Assembly (NCBI GenBank): GCA_028284905.1
Contig: JANQQU010000060.1
Span: forward strand, 147,226-211,225
DNA length: 64,000 nt
From: Calditrichia bacterium
Lineage (GTDB): Bacteria; Calditrichota; Calditrichia; RBG-13-44-9; J075
Direction: 5' to 3'
In this document: positions 1 through 9,074 of the stretch, piece after piece
Position numbering within the stretch: position 1 is the stretch's first letter
How the letters are laid out: every line of letters begins with the position of its first letter
Notes under the pieces: model-generated
Seen by the model: the letters and a program-made list of their open reading frames with translations, nothing else
Database searches by the model: none
Told to the model about the DNA's origin: nothing
Translations under genes and position numbers: made by a program

Positions 1-698
1 TTTTCATCCACATTGACTTCTGCTTCCATTCCGGAAAGATTCGAGATGATCATAATAACGTCTTCCTGGAACTGGGAGCCCAGTGCGATTTCGCCAACTT
101 CTTTGTTCAATTGGCTGATGGTTCCGGTCATTGGTGCGTAAATACGCGTTTTGGAAAGATTGTCACGGGTTTGCTTCAGGCTGGCATTTGCACGATCGAC
201 TTGTTCGAGGGAAGATTCATAGCGTGCTTTTTCTACCTGGAAAGAAGCGGCAAAGGCATCCAGCGTTGCCTGGGACTCCAGGCTTTTTTCAAAAAGCTCT
301 TTGGTGCGGATGTAATCTTTTTCCGCTTTCAGCATATTTTCGCGAGCCAGTTTTGCATCCGCCTGAGAGGCTCTCAATCCTGCTTCAGCACTTTCGACTG
401 CTGCTAGGTGATTCTCCCGGTCCAACTCCAGCAGGAACTGCCCTTTTTCTACCCAGTCCCCTTCTTTAACGCTAAGCTTCATTATCTTTGCGCTAACGTC
501 CGCAGAGATTTTCACCTGCGTTTTCGGCTGAATCCGGCCGGTAGCGTTAACCGTTTGCACCAGTTTTTGACGCTTTACAACATCAGTTTGCACCGGCACA
601 GAAGCCTGATCGCTGCCATTCATGCTGTTAATCGTAACAACTGCGAGGGAAGCAACAACTAAAATAATAGCGATTAAAAGTATCCGTTTCTTAGACAT
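1..698 (-). CDS. Efflux RND/MacA-type periplasmic adaptor (membrane fusion protein), truncated at window edge
   Basis: Not in the ORF track; translated by hand from ATG at 698 with GGAG at 707-710. Reads MSKKRILLIAIILVVASLAVV (membrane anchor), ATGRIQPKTQVKISADVSAKIMKLSVKEGDWVEKGQFLLELD (lipoyl half-domain), a helical hairpin, then IYAPMTGTISQLNKEVGE. Confidence 0.9.
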   Translation of the reverse strand, partial: MSKKRILLIAIILVVASLAVVTINSMNGSDQASVPVQTDVVKRQKLVQTVNATGRIQPKTQVKISADVSAKIMKLSVKEGDWVEKGQFLLELDRENHLAAVESAEAGLRASQADAKLARENMLKAEKDYIRTKELFEKSLESQATLDAFAASFQVEKARYESSLEQVDRANASLKQTRDNLSKTRIYAPMTGTISQLNKEVGEIALGSQFQEDVIMIISNLSGMEAEVNVDE

Positions 699-807
699 AA
701 CGACATCTCCAGTATCTTGACGCTAATTGATTGATAAATAATTTTTTCAAAGTGTGTTCTTAAAAAATACCATACCCCAAAGAATAGCATCTCAATCAGT
801 GACGGGG

Positions 808-848
808 TTAGACAGGAAATGTTTCAGGAAAGTTTACAGGAAGTTAAA
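808..848 (-). promoter_or_regulatory. Putative RpoE/ECF-type promoter overlapped by three 12-bp direct repeats
   Basis: Minus strand reads TAAACTT-N16-GTCTAA, similar to the sigmaE/AlgU consensus GAACTT-N16/17-TCTAA. CAGGAA occurs on the plus strand at 813, 825 and 837. Confidence 0.4.
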
Positions 849-944
849 TTCTTGGAGAACAAATACTTGGAAGGAAAAACAAATCAGGGAAAGCACTAAT
901 TTAAATAGAGCGTATAAATGAGAGGAATGTTGCAAAAAAAATAT

Positions 945-980
945 TTTTTACGCCAGCCAGCTCACCTGCCGGCGTAAAAA
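945..980 (-). terminator. Hairpin terminator after the DUF35 gene
   Basis: tttttacgcc (945-954) pairs with ggcgtaaaaa (971-980), followed on the minus strand by a T-run. Confidence 0.6.
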
Positions 981-1008
981 GCTCCTCAAATCAGACACTC
1001 AGATTTTC

Positions 1009-1404
1009 TTAATCGACTGGTGGACGGAATTTGTAGCCATAAAGAATCAAACCGCGTTCGCCCTCTTCGCTAATCTTACGAATCACTTTTTCTACCGGCA
1101 TACCAATCCGAACTTCATCCGGAGAGATATCGGTTAATTGTGTGGTAATTCGGGGACCTTCTTCCAGATCGACCAATGCGACGATATATGGCACAAACGC
1201 CTCGAACTGCCCTGGCGCCTGATAAACAGTGGAATAGCTATATAACTTACCTTTTCCGGAGAATGTAAAAGGTCGCAAGTCTCGGGATTTACACTCACTG
1301 CAAACCAGCACCGGCGGAAAATGCTTCTTGTCGCAACTTGTACAGGCATTGCCTTCCAATAGGTAGCGCTGGTTTCTTAAACGCCAGCTTCTTGGTATAT
1401 CCAT
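1009..1404 (-). CDS. DUF35-family Zn-ribbon/OB-fold scaffold protein (partner of thiolase and HMG-CoA synthase)
   Basis: CTSC-x10-CSEC zinc ribbon, then an OB fold (GKLYSYSTV, PYIVALVDLEEG, IGMPVE, YGYKFRP). Third gene of the HMGS-thiolase operon. Confidence 0.92.
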   Translation of the reverse strand: MDIPRSWRLRNQRYLLEGNACTSCDKKHFPPVLVCSECKSRDLRPFTFSGKGKLYSYSTVYQAPGQFEAFVPYIVALVDLEEGPRITTQLTDISPDEVRIGMPVEKVIRKISEEGERGLILYGYKFRPPVD

Positions 1405-1459
1405 AATATCTCCATTAAACTCTTGTCAGCAGAAATTCTGCGAATTCTTTCTCGAATTT

Positions 1460-2620
1460 TTAATCGCGGCGTTTTAATATAGAAGTAATAACATTCGCGC
1501 CGCTGCCGCCAATATTTTGGGCCATCACACAGTTTGGCGCATCAATCTGCAAGGCATCCGGCGCATCGCCCCGTAATTGGGTGGCGGCTTCCACGATTTG
1601 GTACAGGCCGGTAGCACCGACGGGATGCCCGCGTCCTTTCAAGCCCCCCATTGTCGTCAATGGTAACTTGCCTTTTAAACCAATACTCTCATCGTTTGCC
1701 ATTCGCAGCGCCTGGCCCTTTTCTGCGAAGCCACAAGCCTCCAGGGACAAGGCCGTAATAATGCTAAACGCGTCATGCACTTCAAAAAGATCGATATCCT
1801 GATGGCGGACGCCGGCAGTACGGAATGCTTTTGCGGTACTCCGCTCTACCCCTTTTAACCACAGTGGATCTTCCCGATTGTCCAGGGCGATTGTATCAGT
1901 GCCAATTTCACAAGCGGCAACGGTAATTACCTGTCCGTCGTATTTGTCGGCGTCTTCCGCAGGCACCACCAATACAGCCGCAGCTCCGTCACCGATGGGG
2001 CTGGAATCCAACAAGTTAATCGGATCCGCAACGACTTTCGCAAGATTGTATTGCTCCTGATTTATTTGATTCTGGAACATCGCATTCGGGTTATGGGCTG
2101 CATTCCGATGGGCATTGATAACAAAGGGAGCAAAATCGTTTTTCTCCCAGCCATATTCGTGCATATAACGGCGCATTAATAAAGCATTGATGGCAACAAA
2201 GCTCAATCCGATTGCCATTTCATAATCACCATCAGAAGCAGTTGCCAGACCATGGGTTGTTGCCCGTCCGCTCATTTCGGTTAATTTTTCTACCCCGACT
2301 GCAACAGCGCTATCAATCATTCCCGAAGCAACACCAAGCACAGCCTGACGAAATGCAGCCGCGGCAGACCCACAAGCTGCTTCGATTTTTACCGCTTCTA
2401 TCCCACTGAGCCCAACGCATTCGGCGATCAAGGCTCCCAAATTTTCCTGGTTTGTTAATATACCACTGAGCATGTTTCCCACATACAACGCGTCGACATC
2501 TTCTGCGCCGGCATCATCCATTGCATTCAACACCGCTTTCGCCGCTAACTCACGAAGGCTGATGTCCCAATGTTCTTCTACCGGTGTTTGGCCTATGCCG
2601 ACAATGGCAACTTCTCTCAT
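1460..2620 (-). CDS. Archaeal/SCP2-type acetyl-CoA acetyltransferase (thiolase)
   Basis: EAACGS catalytic Cys, GVEK, EVHDAF, GHPVGATG, and QNIGG in place of the canonical CxGGG. Confidence 0.92.
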   Translation of the reverse strand: MREVAIVGIGQTPVEEHWDISLRELAAKAVLNAMDDAGAEDVDALYVGNMLSGILTNQENLGALIAECVGLSGIEAVKIEAACGSAAAAFRQAVLGVASGMIDSAVAVGVEKLTEMSGRATTHGLATASDGDYEMAIGLSFVAINALLMRRYMHEYGWEKNDFAPFVINAHRNAAHNPNAMFQNQINQEQYNLAKVVADPINLLDSSPIGDGAAAVLVVPAEDADKYDGQVITVAACEIGTDTIALDNREDPLWLKGVERSTAKAFRTAGVRHQDIDLFEVHDAFSIITALSLEACGFAEKGQALRMANDESIGLKGKLPLTTMGGLKGRGHPVGATGLYQIVEAATQLRGDAPDALQIDAPNCVMAQNIGGSGANVITSILKRRD

Positions 2621-2681
2621 TTAATTCTCCAATAAGTTCTAAACAAAAATATTCTGGGCATTCATCTGCCCGTTTCGTTCT

Positions 2682-3740
2682 CTAGTGATGACGAATTTTC
2701 TTCCGCCAACGCGCATAGGTTGCGTAATCCACTTCAACCGATCGCTCCACATAATCACTCGTTGAGGGTGCCCGGTCGCGAATCCCCTCGATTTTATCTG
2801 TGACGACAAAACTGAAGGCATCACTACCAGCCCCGGAGCCAAAGCTTGCTAACAACAGCCGATCCCCCGGCTTGGCAGCGTCTAGGACAGCCGTAAATCC
2901 CAGGGGTGATGCGCCGGCATAGGTATTTCCGATAACCGGCGCCAGCAAGCCAGTATGAATCTGGGCGGAAGTAAAGCCGAGTTGACTGGCAACTTTTTTC
3001 GGGAATTTTGTATTCGGTTGATGGAAAACCGCGGAGGCGAAATCTTTTGGCGTCAGCCCCAAATCCTCCATAAGGATAGATACGGAATTACTGATATGAT
3101 GAAAATACGCCGGTTCGCCGGTAAAACGATTGCCATGCTCAGGATATTTCTGATAAGACCGTCTAAAAAAGTCCGGTGTATCGGTGGTATAGCTAAAGGA
3201 GCCTTCCAGTATTGCAACAGCATCTTTCGCCGGACCAACAATAAACGCTGCACCACCGGCAGCAGCGGTATATTCCAGCGCATCTCCCGGGCGCCCCTGG
3301 GCAGTATCCATAGCGATCGCCAGCGCATACTGTGCCATGCCGCTTCCCGCGAAACCCAACGCTGCCTGCATCGCCTCCGTGCCTGCTTTACAGGCAAACT
3401 CAAAGTCTGCCGCGGTTGTGTGGGGAGCGATGCCCAATGCCTGGGCAACAATAGTACTGGAAGGTTTTACTGCATACGGGTGGGACTCCGACCCTGCCCA
3501 AACAGAGCGAATCAATGCAGGATCTACTTCGGCGCGCTTCAAGGCATTATGTGCCGCTTCTATAGACATTGTAATTGTGTCTTCATCCGGTCCGGGTAAG
3601 CTCTTTTGCTTCACCGGCAGTTTTGCATTATCCTGTCCTCCCCGCCAAAGACGGGCAATTTCGGTAGCTGGCAACCGATAACGGGGCACGTAGGCGCCAT
3701 AGCCGACAATTCCGACAGGCAAACTGGGTTTCATACTCAT
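2682..3740 (-). CDS. Archaeal-type hydroxymethylglutaryl-CoA synthase
   Basis: [18 protein letters not shown] (catalytic Cys), [23 protein letters not shown]. Start is ATG 3740 or TTG 3746, downstream of GAGG. Confidence 0.92.
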   Translation of the reverse strand: MSMKPSLPVGIVGYGAYVPRYRLPATEIARLWRGGQDNAKLPVKQKSLPGPDEDTITMSIEAAHNALKRAEVDPALIRSVWAGSESHPYAVKPSSTIVAQALGIAPHTTAADFEFACKAGTEAMQAALGFAGSGMAQYALAIAMDTAQGRPGDALEYTAAAGGAAFIVGPAKDAVAILEGSFSYTTDTPDFFRRSYQKYPEHGNRFTGEPAYFHHISNSVSILMEDLGLTPKDFASAVFHQPNTKFPKKVASQLGFTSAQIHTGLLAPVIGNTYAGASPLGFTAVLDAAKPGDRLLLASFGSGAGSDAFSFVVTDKIEGIRDRAPSTSDYVERSVEVDYATYARWRKKIRHH

Positions 3741-3938
3741 TTTCAAGGTAGCACCTCTTTTCAATACATCTAACAACCAATCTCAAATCTTAACTACAAA
3801 CAGAAAGAATGTAAAGTCTTTTATTTACTCCGTAAGAAATTAGGCATTCCACAAAAAATCGTTTCGGGAAAGAGCAATCGTCTATTATATTGCGACCTTA
3901 TACTTTTTTTACAACACCTAAAATTCAGTAGGGTTGAT

Positions 3939-6278
3939 ATGAACAAACATTTATTATGGATTTTAATATTGGGGATTTTTATGAGCATGTCTTCTCATGC
4001 CGATCTAACTCATGCACAAGAACGTACCTTTCAGGTGATGACCAGCAAACTGCAGGCAAGCAACAAAGCAGAAGTGTTGGTTAATGGCACTTTTTCGGAA
4101 GATGCTTTCGGGAAGTTTACGCTCTCGCCTTCAATCAGCATCCACAAAATCGATTTTTTAAAGACAGACGTTGTTGGGCAAACCAGAATAATTGTTGAAA
4201 GCGAGCACCCTTTTCGCCTCGACACCCATTACTATTTAACCTTTCCAAATGGCGAAAAATATTTCCTGCAGCCGGATGGCATACTCGACGAGCTTTATTC
4301 CGACAAGCCCCTTGGCTACAACCGCGAGAACGGTCAATTAGTTTTTCGACTTTTTGCCCCAAGAGCGCTCTCAGTACGCCTGGTCGTTTTCGAAAAACAC
4401 GACGACTCCCATGGTAAAAGCTTTGGGATGAAGCGTGATGTAGATGGGGTTTGGGAATATTTCGCGGATGAAGATTGGACCGGCAAGTTCTATGGATATC
4501 GCGTCGCTGGTCCTACCGGCGAAGGAGAAATATTTGATTCCACCCTGGTACTGGCCGACCCGTACAGTCCTGCCGTCGTCAGCCAAAACCATTATACCCA
4601 TCCATCAAAATCCCTGATTTTACCTGATGATAATTTTGACTGGGAAAATACTGTCCCATTGAAGATTCCTCACCAGGATCTGACGATCTACGAAATGCAT
4701 GTGCGGGATTTGACCATGCATCCTTCTTCCGGCGTCGATGAAGATATTCGCGGTAGCTATCTTGGCCTGGTGCAAAAAGGGAAAAAAGGTGGTATCGATT
4801 ACATCAAAAAACTTGGTGTCAACACCGTGGAGTTGTTGCCAATTCATGACTTTGGCAATATTGAAATCCCCTTTCGCGATTCAGATGCGCCGGTATACAA
4901 TACCTGGAATCCTTACGCCCGGAATCACTGGGGATATATGACCAGCTATTTTTTCGCGCCGGAATCCTATTATGCTACCGGCGGGAATATGGTTCCCGGC
5001 GACTATAACGGGCATGATGGTCGACAGGTAAATGAATTTAAAACACTTGTCCGGGAATTCCACAAAGCTGGTATTGCGGTTGTCATCGATGTCGTTTACA
5101 ACCATGTATCTCAGTATGACTACAATCCTTTCAAATACATCGACAAATTTTATTATTTTCGTCTTAATGATGATTGCAGCTTCCGTAGCGCCAGTGGTTG
5201 TGGTAACGATTTCAAAACCGAACGGCCGATGGCCCGGCGCATGATACTCGAAAGCGTTAAACACTGGATGACAGAATACCAGGTGGATGGCTTTCGATTC
5301 GATTTAGCGGCGATGATTGACCGGGAAACCTGTGAGCAAATTTACCGTGAGGCACGGAAGATCAATCCAGAAGTTATTTTAATCGCAGAGCCCTGGGGCG
5401 GCGGTGGATATAATCCCGGGGAATTTTCGGACATCGGCTGGGCAGCCTGGAATGACCAGATTCGCAATGGTATCAAAGGCTGGAACCCACTTGAAGACCG
5501 GGGATTTGCTTTCGGGCAAATTAAGCGCGGTACAAACCGGCAGAATCTCGAGAATTATATGATGGGAACCCTCCGGGAGTACGGGGGCATTTTTAATGAT
5601 GTGCGCCACTCTGTTAACTATCTGGAGTCCCATGACGATCATACCCTGGGCGATTTTATTCGCCTGGCACTTGGCGAGGTAAACGAGCATACACGCATTA
5701 GCGATGTTGATGCGCATGCGAAGCTAACGAAAGCACAGCTCAAGCTTAATAAGCTTGCTGCCATGGCGCTTTTAACCAGCCAGGGGCCGGTAATGCTACA
5801 TTCCGGGCAAGAATTTGCGCGCAGTAAGATCATCCATAACACAGAGCTAGATTCCGCATGGGGTCACATCGACCACAATAGTTACGAGAAAGATGATGAA
5901 ACGAACTGGCTAAATTTTGAACATGCAGCTCTAAACGAAGATTTGTTCTCTTATCATCAGGGACTGCTCGATTTGCGTAAGAGATATCGGGCCTTTCGTT
6001 ATGCGACTCCCGGGGATTTCAAATTTTCGAAAACAACCGACACACTGCTCCTTGTTTATACCATCACACTGGAAAACGAGCGGATTATCGTAGCGTTAAA
6101 CGGCAATCCGCATACATCTCGTTCTGTAAAGTTGCCCAAAAGCGAAACTGCCTGGCAGCTACTTGCAGATGCTGACAAAGTCTACAACACAACGAGTGGC
6201 GATAACAAGACTTATAAAAGTCTTAGCAGTGTAAAACTTCCTTCTTCAAGCGGAATGATTTTAGTCGAAAAACGCTAG
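3939..6278 (+). CDS. Secreted GH13 pullulanase/debranching enzyme with CBM48
   Basis: Signal peptide; FRLFAPRA; IYEMHVRD; NHWGY; DVVYNH; DGFRFDLA; AEPW; ESHDD. Confidence 0.9.
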   Translation: MNKHLLWILILGIFMSMSSHADLTHAQERTFQVMTSKLQASNKAEVLVNGTFSEDAFGKFTLSPSISIHKIDFLKTDVVGQTRIIVESEHPFRLDTHYYLTFPNGEKYFLQPDGILDELYSDKPLGYNRENGQLVFRLFAPRALSVRLVVFEKHDDSHGKSFGMKRDVDGVWEYFADEDWTGKFYGYRVAGPTGEGEIFDSTLVLADPYSPAVVSQNHYTHPSKSLILPDDNFDWENTVPLKIPHQDLTIYEMHVRDLTMHPSSGVDEDIRGSYLGLVQKGKKGGIDYIKKLGVNTVELLPIHDFGNIEIPFRDSDAPVYNTWNPYARNHWGYMTSYFFAPESYYATGGNMVPGDYNGHDGRQVNEFKTLVREFHKAGIAVVIDVVYNHVSQYDYNPFKYIDKFYYFRLNDDCSFRSASGCGNDFKTERPMARRMILESVKHWMTEYQVDGFRFDLAAMIDRETCEQIYREARKINPEVILIAEPWGGGGYNPGEFSDIGWAAWNDQIRNGIKGWNPLEDRGFAFGQIKRGTNRQNLENYMMGTLREYGGIFNDVRHSVNYLESHDDHTLGDFIRLALGEVNEHTRISDVDAHAKLTKAQLKLNKLAAMALLTSQGPVMLHSGQEFARSKIIHNTELDSAWGHIDHNSYEKDDETNWLNFEHAALNEDLFSYHQGLLDLRKRYRAFRYATPGDFKFSKTTDTLLLVYTITLENERIIVALNGNPHTSRSVKLPKSETAWQLLADADKVYNTTSGDNKTYKSLSSVKLPSSSGMILVEKR

Positions 6279-6296
6279 GGAACGGAACGAATTCGC

Positions 6297-6668
6297 ATGA
6301 TGCAATTTTGGGCGATTGGCCTGGGAGGTTTTGCCGGTGCAGTGCTGCGATTCTGGGTGTCCGGATGGGCGAATGCCCTGGTACATGGTAACTTCCCTTT
6401 TGGAACTTTCGTTGTCAATATATTAGGCTCTTTCTTGCTGGGTCTGTTAGCGGGTGTTTTTGATAACCATGTTTTTAATCCGCATTTGAAATTGTTTTTA
6501 ACTGTGGGATTACTTGGGGCATTTACAACTTTTTCCACATTTTCCAATGAAACATTGGCTTTGCTTCAATCCGGAGCAATCATGAAAACGCTGATGTATG
6601 TTGTTGCCAGTGTCATTCTGGGCGTCATTGCTGCCGCAACTGGTATCTTTACAGGCAAATCAATTTAA
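6297..6668 (+). CDS. crcB: Fluoride channel Fluc/CrcB
   Basis: GGFAGAVLRF, FPFGTFVVNILGS and GLLGAFTTFSTF motifs; 123 aa with about 4 TM segments. Confidence 0.95.
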   Translation: MMQFWAIGLGGFAGAVLRFWVSGWANALVHGNFPFGTFVVNILGSFLLGLLAGVFDNHVFNPHLKLFLTVGLLGAFTTFSTFSNETLALLQSGAIMKTLMYVVASVILGVIAAATGIFTGKSI

Positions 6669-6681
6669 GGAGTTTTTTCAG

Positions 6682-9072
6682 GTGCTTCATCGTCATATAA
6701 AAAGTATTGCACTTTTATCTCTGTTGATTGGAGGAATGCTATTTTCTCCAATAACAACAGCTGCACCTGTTACTGACTTGATTCCCTTGATAAAAATTGA
6801 TGCCGGGGGAACCGATACACTCGAGGTTGGTGACCTCTTTTATGCGGAAGACTATTCATCTTTCTTGGCCGGCAATCTCACTGATGTTCAAGTCAAATAT
6901 CTAAAAAGTTCACAGCAATTGATTCTGGAAGCTTCTCCTAATGCCAGTGGCCTCTATCTTATTCCTTTTGAGTTTCAGGGCATAAAATACGAAATCCCTC
7001 TAAAGGTAAAATTTCGGCAATGGCAAACCCTGCAGTATCGTCCGGCCAGTCAACCGGAAGTTTTGACCTTGATTGGCACTTTCAACGAATGGGATCGCAG
7101 CACCATGCCCTTAATTGATTCTGATAAAGATGGCACTTATTCCATTCGTTTTTTAATTGCACCGGGCAGATATGAATACAAATTTTTTCAGGACAGCCTG
7201 GAGTTTCACGACCCGCTAAATCCAAACAAAATCACCAATCCATACGGCGATTACAATTCTATACTGATTGTGGATCCACTTTCCAGTGAGCAAAAACATT
7301 TGCGCCTTCTTGCAGTCGGGGAAGATAAAGGCAGCTTCACTTTTCACTATGACAACGAAAACGGCAATTATTCCCTGATACCCGATGACATTATTGCCCT
7401 TGGCAATAACTTGTCGCTAACCGATGCCCACATAAACATTCTCGATGAATGCACTTTTCGCATCTCAACGCATGGGAAGGTTTTCGACGGAGAAACGGTG
7501 CTGCGGGTAGCGATTAATGAGAATGGCACCGCTACCAACTTTCATACCTTACACCTGCTTGATGGCAAACAAAGGGAAGATTTTGTCTGGTCTGATGCAA
7601 TTATATACTCTTTGATGATTGATCGCTTTGCCGATGGGGACAGCACAAACAATCGTAAAGTAATTGATGCCCCGATGCCGGATCTGGTAAATTATTATGG
7701 TGGCGATTTGCAGGGCGTTTTGGATAAAATGGATGAAGGGTACTTTGATTCCCTAGGGACCAACACGCTTTGGATATCGCCGGTCAATCAGAATCCGCAC
7801 CATTCAGAGGTTTCCAACGGCCGCACTTTTTCCGCCTATCATGGCTACTGGCCAAACCATCCCCGCCAGGTCGATGATCGTTTCGGTGATTTGGCAATGC
7901 TTCAGGGTCTGGTCCGGAAAGCGCATTCTGCAAACCATAAAGTTTTGATGGATTTTGTTGCCAATCATACGCATGAGTCCCATCCCTTTTATCAGGATCA
8001 TCCGGAATGGTTTAGCAATTTATATCTTCCCGATGGCAAGATGAATGTTGGCTTTTGGGATCAACATCGCCTGACGACCTGGTTTGACCCGTTTTTGCCA
8101 TCTTTCGACTACCAAAATTCCGATGCCGCAATTAATGCAATGACGGACAATGCGCTCTGGTGGCTTAAAACGTTGAACATTGATGGTTTTCGCCATGATG
8201 CCGTCAAGCACATTCCGAACAATTTCTGGCGAACATTAACCCGGAAAATACGCAAAAATCATGATGCGCCCAGAGATCGCAGGAGTTTTCAAATTGGCGA
8301 GACTTTCGGGGGCTATGAACTTATCGGTGATTACGTTAGCAATGGTCAACTAGACGGACAGTTTAATTTCAACCTGTTTTTTACGGCGCGTTATGTCTTT
8401 CTTGATTCGGCAGCCAGCTTTATCAGTTTGGATGATGAACTAAAGCGAACGCATGAAATTTATGGGGTCAATCACCTGATGGGCAATTTAATGGATAGCC
8501 ACGACCAAATCCGCTTCATGGCTTTTGCGGACCGGGACATACTGCTATCTACAGAGAATCCGAATGCATTAGCATGGACGAACCCGCCTCAGGTGGATCA
8601 TCCGGAGAGTTATCAGCGCGCCCGCTTGTATCTCTCATACTTGTTGACAATACCGGGTATTCCGGTTATTTATTATGGTGACGAAATTGGACTGACCGGC
8701 ACTGGTGACCCGGACAATCGCCGGCCAATGAAGTTTGGCAAAGCGCTAGACAAACATCAACGTGAGATGTTGGAAGCAGTCCGGGAGTTGATTCATTTAC
8801 GGAAGAGTCATTCCGCTTTACGCCGGGGAGATTTTGAGCCGTTATATGTGGACAACGACATCTATGCCTATCTACGGTCGGATGCTGAGGAGCGTATATT
8901 GACGGTTTTGAACAAAGCAAAAACTGCAAAAAAAATCGATCTGCAATTACCAGCCATATACTGCGTCAGCACTGCGAAATCATTAACTTCTGATTTTGTA
9001 ATCGATGTCAGTAAAAACAGTTTTGCCTTCACGATTCCAGCCCAAAGCGCTGCATTCTTTTCAATTAAATAG
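6682..9072 (+). CDS. Secreted GH13 alpha-amylase/neopullulanase-like enzyme with CBM48-like domain
   Basis: GTG at 6682 after AAGGAG; signal peptide; IGTFNEW...GRYEYKF; DRFADGD; YHGYW; DFVANH; DGFRHDAVKH; GETF; DSHD; YYGDEIG. Confidence 0.88.
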   Translation: MLHRHIKSIALLSLLIGGMLFSPITTAAPVTDLIPLIKIDAGGTDTLEVGDLFYAEDYSSFLAGNLTDVQVKYLKSSQQLILEASPNASGLYLIPFEFQGIKYEIPLKVKFRQWQTLQYRPASQPEVLTLIGTFNEWDRSTMPLIDSDKDGTYSIRFLIAPGRYEYKFFQDSLEFHDPLNPNKITNPYGDYNSILIVDPLSSEQKHLRLLAVGEDKGSFTFHYDNENGNYSLIPDDIIALGNNLSLTDAHINILDECTFRISTHGKVFDGETVLRVAINENGTATNFHTLHLLDGKQREDFVWSDAIIYSLMIDRFADGDSTNNRKVIDAPMPDLVNYYGGDLQGVLDKMDEGYFDSLGTNTLWISPVNQNPHHSEVSNGRTFSAYHGYWPNHPRQVDDRFGDLAMLQGLVRKAHSANHKVLMDFVANHTHESHPFYQDHPEWFSNLYLPDGKMNVGFWDQHRLTTWFDPFLPSFDYQNSDAAINAMTDNALWWLKTLNIDGFRHDAVKHIPNNFWRTLTRKIRKNHDAPRDRRSFQIGETFGGYELIGDYVSNGQLDGQFNFNLFFTARYVFLDSAASFISLDDELKRTHEIYGVNHLMGNLMDSHDQIRFMAFADRDILLSTENPNALAWTNPPQVDHPESYQRARLYLSYLLTIPGIPVIYYGDEIGLTGTGDPDNRRPMKFGKALDKHQREMLEAVRELIHLRKSHSALRRGDFEPLYVDNDIYAYLRSDAEERILTVLNKAKTAKKIDLQLPAIYCVSTAKSLTSDFVIDVSKNSFAFTIPAQSAAFFSIK

Positions 9073-9074
9073 CA

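Noticed and set aside
1009..3740. PhlABC (DAPG acyltransferase) secondary-metabolite cluster
   Set aside because: The synthase keeps the HMG-CoA synthase catalytic Glu/Cys/His residues, and no PhlD-like type III PKS is nearby.
6200..6297. Fluoride riboswitch upstream of crcB
   Set aside because: Only 18 bp of intergenic space, and no GGCGATGG...GCTGATGAC-type motif.
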